A stretch of DNA of 64,000 nucleotides from Nitrospirota bacterium (GTDB taxonomy: Bacteria > Nitrospirota > UBA9217), in contig CAWJQQ010000006.1 in the NCBI GenBank assembly GCA_963845065.1, positions 96,001 through 160,000 on the forward strand. The letters run 5' to 3'. Below are positions 30,281 to 44,729 of the stretch, piece by piece. Each line of letters starts with the position of its first letter. Position 1 is the stretch's first letter. The translations under genes and the position numbers were made by a program. The notes below the pieces were generated by a model, which made no database searches, was not told the DNA's origin, and was given only the letters and a program-made list of their open reading frames with translations.

Positions 30281-30964
30281 TTAGGATGGATTCTGCGGTA
30301 AACCCTTGTCCTTATATCCTCCGCTGCCGATACTGTTGCCGATGGCCTTAATGCCGAGCACTTCCGCGGCTTGGACTCGTCGTTTGGTGAGTAGGAGGTC
30401 CTCCTTGCTCGGCTGGAGGTCTCCGCCCGGTTGAATGATGAAGGTGGCCGTTGCAGCAGATTCTCGGATGGTGGCCTTGAAGGTATCGCGGGGATGCACG
30501 CTGGAGACTGTGAAGCTGCCGATCGGAACGCTTTTTTCTCGAAGGTTCACGTACTTGGTATCATGCAAGGTGCACCGGGAAGTCTTTTTTTTATGGTTCT
30601 TCATTCGCGGCCGACAATATTCGACCATGTCGAGGCTGGAACAGGACGATGCTCCGGCAAGGTTCGATTTCCAGAAGCGCCGTCCCAGTTCGATTGCCGC
30701 TTTAATCTCTATGGCCTGTGCCGGTCCGATCCCCTCGGCGCCACAAATTTCCGCTATGCTCGTCAGTTCGATATAGACGAGGCTTCCGAATCGTTCTAGG
30801 AGATCCACGTTAGTTCTTTTGATATTCCCCTGCCAAATCAGGACGGTGAGGATCCTTGCCTTGGAGAGCATTGACAGCCAAAGTGCAAAGAGTCGCTCCC
30901 GCGGCCATACGCCTTCAGGCCATTCTTTAAAGCTTTTGTTCCAATGAGGGCCATATGGCTCCAT
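30281..30964 (-). pseudogene. radC: degenerate RadC (JAB domain) homolog
   Basis: WPRERL, GIGPAQAIEIKAAIELGRR (HhH), VHPRD, PSKED retained; HNHPSG replaced by IIQPGG and the DH motif lost. Confidence 0.75.
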
Positions 30965-31053
30965 GCTGTCATATCTTGGCACTTGTCTACCTATCTGCGA
31001 AAAAACCGTCCGCAGTGAATAAATTATAGATTGGACTTCATAAGCTGTCAAAC

Positions 31054-31081
31054 AAAAAAGGCGGCTGATCGTTCAGCCGCC
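31054..31081 (-). terminator. intrinsic terminator after rubredoxin
   Basis: GGCGGCTGA/TCAGCCGCC stem plus T6 on the minus strand. Confidence 0.85.
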
Positions 31082-31106
31082 CGTTCCCCGTCTTCTGTCG
31101 TCCTCA

Positions 31107-31238
31107 TCACATTTCGACAAATGCGTCCTTAGGTGCATTGCACACCGGACATGGCCAGTCATCAGGAAGGTCTTCAAATTTTTTTCCCTCTTTCGCTTCG
31201 TCATATACGTACCCGCATACAGTGCATCTCCACATCAT
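31107..31238 (-). CDS. rubredoxin (43 aa, missing from ORF track)
   Basis: [43 protein letters not shown]; two CxxC; GAGGAGG SD. Confidence 0.95.
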   Translation of the reverse strand: MMWRCTVCGYVYDEAKEGKKFEDLPDDWPCPVCNAPKDAFVEM

Positions 31239-31279
31239 CGCCTCCTCAAGAAAATACCTGCTTCAAGCCGAGGTTTCGT

Positions 31280-32524
31280 CTACGTCCGGCACTCGCCTGA
31301 TAGATCACCGTCAAATTTTTTGTGGTATTCTTTCGTTTTTTCTGCAAACCGCTTGCCGAACTCAAAGCAGTTCTCATCGTCTTCAGCGCTTGGACGGTAA
31401 AGAACCTCGACGCCGGGCGCAACCGTTTCAAGCCCCATTTTTTTAAATGTCTCGTAAGCTTCCTTGACTGCGCCTCCCCCCCACCCGAAGCTGCCGAAGG
31501 CTCCCGCGAGCCGGTTCTTGGGACGAAGACCACGCAAGTGCGTAAGGAACTCGGCAACTGACGGGAACATGATATTATTGAGCGTCGGCGTGCCGATGAG
31601 CATGGCCCGTGACTCCCAGACCCGCTTAATCGCGACGCTCATTGGTGTTGCCCGAAGTTTCAGGACTTCTACATCAACGCACGCGGCTTGAATCCCCTGC
31701 ATGAGCGGTATGGTCATGTGCTCCGTGCTGTGCCACATCGTATCATAGATAATAACAATGCGAAGGTCTGCCTTGTCATTGGCCATGTCGAGATACATCT
31801 GTAGAATCTTACCGGGATTTTTTTTCCAGATGATACCGTGATCAGGGGCAATCATATCGATTTCGAGACCAAGCTTCTTAATTTCCATGATCTTCGCCTT
31901 TACGAGGGATCCGAAGGGCATGAGAATGTTTGCGTAGTAATCACGGACGGCATGTTCAAGGGCTGTTACCGAATATTGGTCGCAGTAGTCGTCATCAAAC
32001 CGCGCCGACGATGCAAGGTGCTGGCCGAAAGCGTCCTGGCTGATTAGAAGCTTATCCTCCTTGATATAGCTCATCATAGAATCGGGCCAGTGAAGCATCG
32101 GTGTTTCAAGGAAGGTAATTGTCTTTTTCCCCGTGTTCAAGGTTTGACCAGTTTTGACGATCTTGCAGGCCCATTTTGAAGTATCGAAAAAACGGTCTAA
32201 GGCCTTTTTACCCCGCTCAGTAATATAGATGGTAGCCTTCGGGGCGTACGCCATGATGCGGTCGAGACTTGAAGCATGATCGTTTTCGATATGGTTGATG
32301 ACAATGTTCTCGATCTTCGCGGGGTCGACAAGGCTTTTGATATTGTCGATGGTGTATTCACAGAAATCGTGTTTTACTGTGTCTATGAGTGTAACGTGGT
32401 CATCGAGGATGAGATAGTTGTTGTAGGACGTACCGTGCGGAGTAATATAGCCGTGAAAATCGCGGACAGCCCAGTCAATTGCTCCAACCCAATAAACATC
32501 TGGTTTAATCTCTACTGCACGCAT
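31280..32524 (-). CDS. fprA: flavodiiron protein (FprA/Roo, O2/NO reductase)
   Basis: GTSYNNYLI, NHIENDH, LHWPD, DAFGQH, PDHG, flavodoxin domain GSFGWGG. Confidence 0.93.
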   Translation of the reverse strand: MRAVEIKPDVYWVGAIDWAVRDFHGYITPHGTSYNNYLILDDHVTLIDTVKHDFCEYTIDNIKSLVDPAKIENIVINHIENDHASSLDRIMAYAPKATIYITERGKKALDRFFDTSKWACKIVKTGQTLNTGKKTITFLETPMLHWPDSMMSYIKEDKLLISQDAFGQHLASSARFDDDYCDQYSVTALEHAVRDYYANILMPFGSLVKAKIMEIKKLGLEIDMIAPDHGIIWKKNPGKILQMYLDMANDKADLRIVIIYDTMWHSTEHMTIPLMQGIQAACVDVEVLKLRATPMSVAIKRVWESRAMLIGTPTLNNIMFPSVAEFLTHLRGLRPKNRLAGAFGSFGWGGGAVKEAYETFKKMGLETVAPGVEVLYRPSAEDDENCFEFGKRFAEKTKEYHKKFDGDLSGECRT

Positions 32525-32583
32525 GACAGCCTCCTCTTATTGGTCTGGTGAGTTCATACAAACGCGGCGTCCGGAGGGCGTCA

Positions 32584-33006
32584 CTACGTTTTTTTCTTCT
32601 TCTCGCAAGTCGGGCAATAACCGTAAAATTGAACGTTGTTACCCAGAAGTGTGAATTGCTCCGCCATCTCTTTCGGCAGCCCAACGCCGATTTCCCCGGG
32701 AATATCAGCGATAGCGCCGCACAGAACACAGATAAAATGATGGTGACAGCTGGTATCCGGGTCATACCGTTTTCGTTCGGGATCGATTGTCAGTTCCCTA
32801 AGCGAGCCCGCCTGAGTGAGCGTATTCAGGGTATTATAAACAGTCGCGAAAGACATGGATTGGTGCTTTTTCGACACTACGCGATAGATGTCCTCCGCAG
32901 AAGGGTGAGACTTATTACCCTCCAGATACTCCAATATTGCTAACCGCTGGGGAGTTCGCTTGAATTGCCTCACGCTTTCGTTCTTTTGGGTCTGATTCAT
33001 AATCAT
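32584..33006 (-). CDS. perR: Fur-family regulator, PerR-like
   Basis: TPQR, HPSAEDIY, ATVYNTL, HHHFICVLC, CPTC; heads the oxidative-stress operon. Confidence 0.8.
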   Translation of the reverse strand: MIMNQTQKNESVRQFKRTPQRLAILEYLEGNKSHPSAEDIYRVVSKKHQSMSFATVYNTLNTLTQAGSLRELTIDPERKRYDPDTSCHHHFICVLCGAIADIPGEIGVGLPKEMAEQFTLLGNNVQFYGYCPTCEKKKKT

Positions 33007-33034
33007 AAGAACACAATAATTTGGTAGCGATAAA

Positions 33035-33071
33035 TTAGAATAACTATAAACTATAAAATAGTTCCTGTCAA
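33035..33071 (-). promoter_or_regulatory. sigma70 promoter overlapped by a Per box
   Basis: TTGACA-N17-TATAGT; TTATAGTTATTCTAA (33035-33049) has 2 mismatches to TTATAATNATTATAA. Confidence 0.7.
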
Positions 33072-33121
33072 GTTCAGACCTCGCCGGCTGAAAAGAGACC
33101 GCATGCCTACACCGCTCTCAC

Positions 33122-33154
33122 AAAAAAAGGCAGTCCCTTTGGGGCTGCCTTTTT
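33122..33154. terminator. intrinsic terminator after the atp operon
   Basis: A7-GGCAGTCCC-TTT-GGGGCTGCC-T5. Confidence 0.85.
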
Positions 33155-33183
33155 GGAGTATCGAAACTCTCTGTGCGAGCTCT

Positions 33184-33621
33184 CTATTTTTGACCGTGCT
33201 TCTCAGCCACTTGGAGCCTGATCATGGCGCGTAGTAGCTCGATGCGGTTTTTCTCGTAATCAGCCTGCTCCAGTTTTTCGCTCAGTGCCTTCTCTGCTCG
33301 CTCCTTGGCCTGGCGGGCCTCGGCGATGTCGATGTCGGAAGCGCGGTCAGCTCCTTCTGCGAGGATGATGACCCGGTCGGAGCCCACTTCGGCGTACCCC
33401 CAGTCAACAGCGAGGTGGTGCCACTGAGTTCCTTCGCGGTAGGATAGCATGCCGACCTTAAGTGTAGTCAAGAACGGCATGTGGCCCGGCAAGACCCCAA
33501 ACTCGCCTTCGCTGCCTGGAGCGATCACTTCGTCAACGCGTTCCGAACGGACCACCTGGCGGCTTGGCGCAACGATTTCGAGGAGCATTTTCCCTTTTTC
33601 AGCGACCATCTTTTTTTCCAT
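33184..33621 (-). CDS. atpC: ATP synthase epsilon subunit
   Basis: LEIVAP, PGSEGEFGVLPGH. Confidence 0.95.
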   Translation of the reverse strand: MEKKMVAEKGKMLLEIVAPSRQVVRSERVDEVIAPGSEGEFGVLPGHMPFLTTLKVGMLSYREGTQWHHLAVDWGYAEVGSDRVIILAEGADRASDIDIAEARQAKERAEKALSEKLEQADYEKNRIELLRAMIRLQVAEKHGQK

Positions 33622-33676
33622 TCTTCAGTGCTCAATGTGGATTCACCTAGGAAGTGAGGACTCCCGGCGATAAACC

Positions 33677-35122
<1,446 letters not shown>

Positions 35123-35207
35123 TTAAAAAATTGAATTGTAAAATCAAATTGACTTAAAGAAATTGCAGATACCGTTCAAGGTTTCTTGGCAAATTTCTCG
35201 TAGCTTC

Positions 35208-36074
35208 CTATTTCAAAGCTTCCGCCCCACCCACAATCTCGGAAATCTCCTTGGTGATCGCGGCCTGACGCTGCTTATTAAACTTCAGCGTGAGCCGCTC
35301 AATCATATCCTTCGCGTTCCTCGTTGCTGAGTCCATAGCCGTCATCCGCGCACCCATCTCGCTCGCCTGGCTTTCGAGCATCGAGCGATACACTTGGACC
35401 TCGATATGCTTCGGCAGGATGGAGCCGAGGATCGCCTCCGGCGTCGGTTCATAGAGATAGTCAACGGCAGCCATGAATGGATCTGCTTCCGTTGGCGGCT
35501 CTATCGGAAGAAGTTTCTCAAGTGTAACTTTCTGCTGCATAACACTTTTAAACTCATTGTAAAGGAGATAGACCTCATCGGTTTCAGCTGCCGCAAACCG
35601 GTCAACGATATTCTTACCGACATCGGCAGCCTTCGCGTATTCGATCATACCGAGATCAGACCACACTTTACCCAATGTATAAGCTGATCGTTTGCGGAAG
35701 AAGTCGCGCCCTTTTCTGCCCACAACATTCACCTTTACTACCTTGCCTTCAGCAGTGAACTGCTTGATCACTTCCACAGCCTTACGCACGATATTGGTAT
35801 TGTATGCGCCGCAGAGACCTCGATCCGAAGTAAGCACTAGGAGCTTCACGTTCTTAGGCTCTCGTTTGGCCAGAAGCGGATGCTGGGCCCGCTCAACACG
35901 TCCCGCAAGGTTAGCGATAACGGCGAGCATCTTGCGCGAGTACGGTCGCGCCGCAATTACACGATCCTGAGCTCGGCGTAGCTTTGCCGCCGCCACCATT
36001 TTCATGGCCTTGGTGATCTGCTGGGTCTTCTTGACACTGGTTATTTTTCTCTTAATATCTCTTAAGCTGGGCAT
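35208..36074 (-). CDS. atpG: ATP synthase gamma subunit
   Basis: ITKAMKMVAAAK, DRGLCG, RQAAITKEISEI. Confidence 0.99.
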   Translation of the reverse strand: MPSLRDIKRKITSVKKTQQITKAMKMVAAAKLRRAQDRVIAARPYSRKMLAVIANLAGRVERAQHPLLAKREPKNVKLLVLTSDRGLCGAYNTNIVRKAVEVIKQFTAEGKVVKVNVVGRKGRDFFRKRSAYTLGKVWSDLGMIEYAKAADVGKNIVDRFAAAETDEVYLLYNEFKSVMQQKVTLEKLLPIEPPTEADPFMAAVDYLYEPTPEAILGSILPKHIEVQVYRSMLESQASEMGARMTAMDSATRNAKDMIERLTLKFNKQRQAAITKEISEIVGGAEALK

Positions 36075-36161
36075 GAGTAATTCCTAGGTATCGAGTTTTA
36101 AGTTTCAGGCTTGCCGTTTATCGTTGACTCGAAACTGCAAATTCCAAACTATCGACTGAAA

Positions 36162-38283
<2,122 letters not shown>

Positions 38284-38287
<4 letters not shown>

Positions 38288-38880
38288 GCTTTGCCTCCCA
38301 CTTTGGAGATATACTCTTTAACGATGCGGTCTTGGTCCTGCCTGTCGATCTTATCCTTGATTTTCCCTTCGGCAAGTTCCAAGGAAAGGAGTGCGGCTTC
38401 GGCAGCCAGAGCGGCCTTGGCCTTCATGACCTCAAGATTGATGCCCTGCTTGGCCTGGGCCTTAATGTCCTGTGCCGCTTTTTTGCCCTCTTCTACCAAG
38501 GCCAGCTTGTCCTTTTCGCCACGGGCTTGGGCATCAGCTATAAGCCTGGACGTTTCTACCCCGAGTTCCTTGATTTTCCGTTCCATCTCCGAGAGCGCTG
38601 CAACAGCCCGCTCACGGGTTTCTTTCGATTCCTGCATGGCCTTGGCGATTTCTGCTGAACGGTTCTTAAAAAAATCTCGGACTGGTTTTTTCGTGAAGTA
38701 AACAACAACCGCAGTGATAATAGCGAAATTCACTAACCGCGGCAACCAGTCTCCGACGAAGGTCATCACTTCTTCGCCGCCGCGACCGGCCTCCTCTTGG
38801 GCAAACGCCAGGGAGGAATGGACAACACCGAACAATCCGTACAAGAATGGTGCAAGTTTCTTGAGCACGTTGGTCATCAT
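38284..38880 (-). CDS. atpF: ATP synthase b subunit
   Basis: RLVNFAI TM plus coiled coil; start moved to MMTNV. Confidence 0.88.
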
Positions 38881-38881
38881 C

Positions 38882-39307
38882 CTACACCGCCCTCCCGAGC
38901 AGTTTGGCAGATATATCCTGAGACAACTGCTCCGCCTCATGCCTGAGGTCGCCGCGTGCCATGGCGGACGCCTCCGCGATCTCGCCACGAGCCTTGTCTA
39001 GCAACTCGCCGCTCGTGGACCTCTCTGCGGCGATCATGTCGCGCCCGACGTCGAGGCCCTGCTGATACAGTGCATTATACATGGTCGTTGCTTTCTGCTT
39101 GGCTTCGGCTAGAGAACCGTTGTATTGGTCAAGAAGGTTCTGCATCCTCGCCTGTGCCGCCTTTGCATCGCTAAAAGCTGAGCTGATGCCCTGCTCGCGG
39201 TCCTGCATGATCTGTCTAATGGGCTTTAAAAGGATTATATTGAGCACGATGAGCAGAATGATGAAGTTGGCAAGCTGAATGAAAAGTGAAGTATTAATAT
39301 CAATCAT
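38882..39307 (-). CDS. ATP synthase b' subunit
   Basis: IQLANFIILLIVLN...KPI TM plus coiled coil; first gene of the operon. Confidence 0.9.
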   Translation of the reverse strand: MIDINTSLFIQLANFIILLIVLNIILLKPIRQIMQDREQGISSAFSDAKAAQARMQNLLDQYNGSLAEAKQKATTMYNALYQQGLDVGRDMIAAERSTSGELLDKARGEIAEASAMARGDLRHEAEQLSQDISAKLLGRAV

Positions 39308-39492
39308 ATTCGAGAGTGCCTCTCATGAGGGGAAAACGCCTTTCAGCCTTTGAAAAACGTCAAAAAGTTAACATAACAAAAATCTATTGTCAAGAAATAT
39401 TACCTATAAAATAAATAAATGATCGCACCGTATTTAATTATAAGCAAAAGAAGGAAAAATTCAGCGGTTGCATGGTTGCACAACCAAGGTAC

Positions 39493-39678
39493 TCACGGAC
39501 TGTGATACGGCTCCGGCTCAAGCCCGACGGAGAAAAGCTCGAAAATCATGTCGCAAGCTGTTTCATCAATACTGCGGTACCATATTTCTGATTCTTGACA
39601 CTTTGCCTGGGTGCGTCGCAAGCGCTCAACAAGCCTGCCTGCACACAGGTCGAACGAGAGGAGCACGAACACTGCGAA
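39493..39678 (-). pseudogene. 3' remnant of IS-interrupted TM-PAS sensor gene
   Basis: FAVFVLLSF...ERLRRTQAKCQESEIWYRSIDETACDMIFEL resembles the coiled-coil/PAS entry motif (ESEERYRxLVE). Confidence 0.65.
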
Positions 39679-40893
39679 TCAACTACCCCATGGATGAATC
39701 AAGGGGTTTGTAACTAAGCTCCGCCGCAGTTCCGTCAAACGGACCGGCCTTGGCATCATCACGCTACGATTGGCTGGTTGATGGCGGCCCGGCGGACATT
39801 TGCCGCCACGATGTGGTCGGCGAGTCCGGCGGACTCGCACGACACACAGGAAAAAATACGTTGAGATTTCCGGTTCCGTTTATCAATATGGCCGCATACA
39901 GGGCATGTATGGGAGGTATTCCGTGGACCAACGAAGATCACCGGGACACCTTTCCGCTTGGCCCTGTATTCGATAAACGACGGTACTAGTTAAACGACGA
40001 TGAATCAGTGTGGCACTCTGACGGCGAAGAACCGTGACCCGCATGCTAATGTCCGTTAGGTCCTCTAGGGCAATCGCGCGCTTCGTGTCTTTCACCTTTG
40101 CTAGAAGCTTTTTGCTGATGCAATGATTGACGTCTTTCGCAAACCGGGCTTCTTTCCCGGAGAGATTCTTTAGCTTCTGTTTCACCCACTAGGTGCCTTT
40201 TTTTGCAACTTAGTGCTGTGTCTCCGGTGCCAGTGACGGACGTTATTCACCATGCTCGAGGAGTGGATCGCACCATCGGAGTCCATGGCGATGTTCTTTA
40301 TCCCGAGATCGACGTCGATAACATTCTGGGCATCGTTTTGCTTTGCGTGCGGCACATCACAGGTCGCCGAGAGGTAGAACTCGCCTTTTCTGAAGGAGAG
40401 GGTCGGATTCGCCTTTTCGGTGAGTCAAAAGTTCTCTCTGACATCCGCAAGAGACGAACGGGATACGGATGCGGCCCTGGGTCGTCCTGATGGAAACGGT
40501 GAAGGCCTTTAGAATCCCAAGAGAGTATGCGATCATCGTAAGCGATCGATCCGGCATGTTTGAATGTTCGTTTTGTTTTCCGAACAAGCTTGTACGAATC
40601 GGAGACTTTGGAAATAACTCGTACGGCTGCTTGTGCGGACAGGCCAAACCGGGTACGAATTCCCTTGTAGCAGAGGTGGTGCAGGTCGTATTGCTTGAAG
40701 CTCTTCGTGGACCAGACTTGTGCGCTTCCGTAGTTGCGGCCAGATTGTTCTTGGGTAGGAAGTAGCATGTTTTGTGATACTAATTTCACAAGGATTAATA
40801 TAGCACAACTGCGGTAGTTGTGCAAATTTTTACGGAAAAGAGGCGCCGGTTCCTCCCATGTCTAAGGACAGGGGTTTCCTCGGCGAGGGCGTG
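39679..40893 (-). mobile_element. tnpB-only IS200/IS605-family element (IS1341-like), 1215 bp
   Basis: Left-end hairpin near 40845-40888 after TTCAT; right end ...CCCCTTGATTCATCCATGGGGTAGTTGA; no tnpA; removal restores the host reading frame. Confidence 0.85.
39759..40789 (-). pseudogene. tnpB: frameshifted TnpB RNA-guided nuclease
   Basis: Fragments in several frames: LHHLCY...FGLSAQ, RuvC-I DVDLGI, RuvC-II IALEDL, Zn finger CPVC/CVSC, RuvC-III ADHIVAANV. Confidence 0.9.
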
Positions 40894-41031
40894 ATGAATG
40901 GGCCAGGATATCTTTGGAAAAGGGTCGAGAAGAACCAGAAAGAAATGTCTTTTTTTAAAAAAAAATACGGCATCTATGAGAGTATCGGCCAGCCACGAGA
41001 GCATACCAAGCCCAATGCTGATCAATAACAT
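40894..41031 (-). pseudogene. 5' remnant of IS-interrupted TM-PAS sensor gene
   Basis: MLLISIGLGMLSWLADTLIDAVFF...DPFPKISWPIH membrane segment ending at the IS left end. Confidence 0.6.
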
Positions 41032-41331
41032 GCTCCTAAAGAGATGGTCGCCCTCAATCAGCCTCCATCATGGTTAACTTTTGCAAGAGCACTGGACGTC
41101 GGATGAATACCGGCATTTAAGGGCCTTCAAGAATAAGCTAAAATATCTTCTTCGTGAGGATTCACCCTTTGCCTCTTATATATATTTTATTGCTAGTATG
41201 CTCCTAGTCCTCCGGACGATCTGACTCACGCCGAAGATTCCTGGCGAAACATCTTATCGAGCTTGCAGCCTATTAAAATATTACCTGCTAGGTAGCGTCA
41301 CTCACAATCGACCTCATATCGTTTCGCCTGT

Positions 41332-41555
41332 CTAAATGCCCGGCACTGCGGTCGCCGTATACTGCCCGCTTTCGACAAGAGTCTGCGCTTGGTTGCGCTC
41401 AACAGTTTTTAAAAAAAGGTATCCCTGGTCGTACTCGCACTGGAGAGACTTGATCTGCTCTATCTGGAGCAACGCTTCAAGACCCTCTGCAATCACATCG
41501 ATATTCATTCCCGGCCAACAGAATCATCCTGACGATCTGCTGGTTCTCGCCATGT
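41332..41555 (-). pseudogene. EAL phosphodiesterase C-terminal remnant
   Basis: ENQQIVRMILL/GMNIDVIAEGLE...LQCEYDQGYLF matches VIAEGVE and QGYLF of EAL domains; frameshifted, 5' part absent. Confidence 0.8.
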
Positions 41556-41839
41556 GATGGGCAAAGCTCTACATTAGCTGAATTTCAATCATAACTAACT
41601 GTAAATAAAGATAATTATTATAACAGGAAAGCTCTTGAAAAAATTTGTCCGTGCTTTGATGAATTGGAACAACGTATTAATCTTTAGCCTATGAATATCG
41701 AAGCTGATTTTTATTTTTCCGTTGCTAATAATGGTTTTTTTGATCTCTTCGCATCTCGCTATCACCTCGAAATTACAAAGTCCTTTACTCACCCATCCGG
41801 TGGTGGTAAGATAATATTTCGTTTCGATTCGTCTTTCTT

Positions 41840-44644
41840 ATGGATAAAATCATTATTAAAGGTTGCCGCCAGCACAATCTCAAGAATATCGATCTTGAGA
41901 TTCCCCGGGACAAGCTCGTGGTGATCACTGGTTTGTCAGGCTCGGGCAAATCGTCGCTCGCCTTCGATACCATTTATGCCGAAGGCCAGCGCAGGTACGT
42001 AGAGAGCCTTTCTGCGTATGCGCGTCAGTTCCTAGGCCAGATGGACAAACCGGATGTGGACTCCATCGATGGCCTCTCTCCTGCCATTGCAATCGAACAG
42101 AAAACCACAAGCAAGAACCCGCGCTCAACCGTCGGCACCGTGACCGAAGTCTACGACTATCTGCGGCTCCTCTATGCCCGTATAGGGAAACCGTATTGTT
42201 ACAAATGTGGCAGGCAGATCGCTGCTCAGACTGTCCAGCAGATCACTGACGCAGTCATGGGCCTACCTGTCAACACGCGCATCCAGATTCTGGCGCCAAT
42301 CGTGCGTGGAAGAAAAGGCGAATACAAAAAGGAACTCATGGCCGCAGGCGCATCGGGGTATGTGCGCGCCCGCGTGGACGGTATGATCAAGGAACTCTCC
42401 GAGCCCATCCCGATGGACAAGAAGAAGAAACACGACATTGAGATCGTGATCGACCGCCTCGTAGTCAAGCCCGGAGTCGAGCGCAGGCTCGCCGAATCCG
42501 TCGAGACGGCGCTCCGCCAAGCCGAGGGCATCGTGCTGGTGAATCTCGTTGACGAGAAGCGTGACAACCTCTATAGCGAAAAGCTCGCCTGCCTCATCGA
42601 CGGCATCAGTTATCCCGACATTGCTCCAAACAGCTTTTCCTTTAACAGCCCGCAAGGCGCCTGCCCAACCTGCGATGGACTTGGTGGGCTTCTTGAATTC
42701 GATCCCGACCTCATTGTACCAAACCCTATCCTCTCGCTCCGGGAAGGTGCAATCAAGCCTTGGGCTAAGCGTACATCGTACCAGTATTTCCAGATGCTCG
42801 ATGCCTTGGCACAGAGTTGCGGCTTCAATGTAAATACACCGTTCAAGGAGCTGAAACCAACCCAACAAAAAACGCTATTATTCGGCACCAGTGAGAATGG
42901 GACCAAATCCGCAGTAGGGCGGGGAGTCAACGCCGCTGCATGCAGGCCCTTTGAAGGCATCTTGTCGATCCTGAAGAAGCGCTATGACGAGACCGACTCC
43001 TTCGCAACGCAGTGGGAACTAGAACAGTACATGAGCTACCAGACCTGCCCTGACTGCAAGGGGAGCCGTTTGCGCAGGGAATCGCTTGCCATCAAGGTGG
43101 CCGGCCTCGCTATTAGTGATGTGACTCGCATGAGCATCAAACAGGCCCTTGTTTTTTTCAAGGAGCTCAGGCTCACGGAGAAGGAAACCGCAATCGCTCA
43201 ACGCATCTTGAAAGAGATTAGGGAGCGGCTCGGCTTCATGATCCATGTCGGCCTCGACTACCTTACCTTAGACCGCGGATCATCCACGCTCTCCGGCGGA
43301 GAAGGCCAGCGCATCAGGCTCGCCACGCAGATCGGGTCGTCACTCGTAGGTGTTCTCTATATCCTCGACGAGCCCAGCATCGGTCTGCACCAGCGCGACA
43401 ATCGACGACTGCTCGATACGCTCTTCCGACTGCGCGACCTCGGCAATACCGTGCTGGTGGTGGAGCATGACGAAGAAACGATCCGCTCGGCCGACCACGT
43501 GATTGATATGGGTCCCGGTGCCGGCGTGCACGGAGGCGAGATCGTGGCTCAGGGTACGCCGGAGGAAATCAAAAAGGTTGAACAGTCACTTACGGGCCAA
43601 TACCTCTCGGGCAAGGCGTTCATTCAAGTGCCGCAGACTCGCAGGTCCTATGAAAAATCGATAAGTGTTGTGAGCGCAACGGAGAATAATCTCAAAAACA
43701 TCACCGTACAGTTTCCACTCGGCGTATTTACCTGCGTGACCGGCGTCTCGGGGTCTGGCAAGAGCACGCTCGTCGTGGACATCCTGTACCGCTCGCTGGC
43801 ACAACGCCTCTACCGCTCCACGGAGCGCGCGGGCAAACACAAGGACATCAAGGGCCTAGAGCTCATCGATAAAGTGATCGATATCGACCAGTCGCCTATC
43901 GGTAGGACTCCGCGTTCGAACCCTGCCACTTATACAGGAGTGTTCGGCCCAGTGCGCGACCTCTTTGCCCAGCTGCCGGAGTCCCGCATGCGCGGGTACA
44001 AACCCGGCCGCTATAGTTTCAATGTCAAGGGTGGCAGGTGCGAAGCTTGCGAAGGCGACGGGCTGATCAAGATCGAGATGCATTTCCTGCCGGATGTGTA
44101 CGTGACCTGCGACGTGTGCCACGGCAACCGTTACAACCGCGAGACACTGGACATCAAATATAAGGGGAAAAACATCGCCGAGATCCTAGGAATGACCGTA
44201 GAACAGGCTTTTGACTTTTTTCAGAACGTGCCACCCGTACGCTCTAAGCTCCAAACTCTTTTGGACGTGGGGCTTGGATACATCACACTCGGGCAGTCGG
44301 CCACCACGCTTTCGGGTGGCGAGTCGCAGCGCGTGAAACTTTCGAAGGAGCTATCCCGACGCGCCACAGGCCGTACCCTTTACATTCTTGATGAGCCTAC
44401 GACAGGCCTCCATTTCGCGGACACGCAGAAGCTCCTGGACATGCTGAACCAGCTCGTAAACTCGGGCAACACGGTGGTAGTAATCGAACACAACCTCGAC
44501 GTGATCAAAACCGCGGACTGGATCGTCGATCTCGGTCCCGAAGGCGGAGACAGAGGGGGACAGATCGTGGTTCAGGGAAAGCCCGAAGATGTTGCCAAAG
44601 TTAAGGAGTCTTATACCGGGCAGTTTTTAAGGAAGATTTTGTAG
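41840..44644 (+). CDS. uvrA: excinuclease ABC subunit A
   Basis: [22 protein letters not shown], two LSGGE signatures, Zn fingers. Confidence 0.99.
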   Translation: MDKIIIKGCRQHNLKNIDLEIPRDKLVVITGLSGSGKSSLAFDTIYAEGQRRYVESLSAYARQFLGQMDKPDVDSIDGLSPAIAIEQKTTSKNPRSTVGTVTEVYDYLRLLYARIGKPYCYKCGRQIAAQTVQQITDAVMGLPVNTRIQILAPIVRGRKGEYKKELMAAGASGYVRARVDGMIKELSEPIPMDKKKKHDIEIVIDRLVVKPGVERRLAESVETALRQAEGIVLVNLVDEKRDNLYSEKLACLIDGISYPDIAPNSFSFNSPQGACPTCDGLGGLLEFDPDLIVPNPILSLREGAIKPWAKRTSYQYFQMLDALAQSCGFNVNTPFKELKPTQQKTLLFGTSENGTKSAVGRGVNAAACRPFEGILSILKKRYDETDSFATQWELEQYMSYQTCPDCKGSRLRRESLAIKVAGLAISDVTRMSIKQALVFFKELRLTEKETAIAQRILKEIRERLGFMIHVGLDYLTLDRGSSTLSGGEGQRIRLATQIGSSLVGVLYILDEPSIGLHQRDNRRLLDTLFRLRDLGNTVLVVEHDEETIRSADHVIDMGPGAGVHGGEIVAQGTPEEIKKVEQSLTGQYLSGKAFIQVPQTRRSYEKSISVVSATENNLKNITVQFPLGVFTCVTGVSGSGKSTLVVDILYRSLAQRLYRSTERAGKHKDIKGLELIDKVIDIDQSPIGRTPRSNPATYTGVFGPVRDLFAQLPESRMRGYKPGRYSFNVKGGRCEACEGDGLIKIEMHFLPDVYVTCDVCHGNRYNRETLDIKYKGKNIAEILGMTVEQAFDFFQNVPPVRSKLQTLLDVGLGYITLGQSATTLSGGESQRVKLSKELSRRATGRTLYILDEPTTGLHFADTQKLLDMLNQLVNSGNTVVVIEHNLDVIKTADWIVDLGPEGGDRGGQIVVQGKPEDVAKVKESYTGQFLRKIL

Positions 44645-44729
44645 CACCATGCCTTTTTTCACTTGCATTATGCGGTGCATCGTATATCCTTGTATCCTGC
44701 TATTCTTTTATTAGATATCTGGAGGTTCA

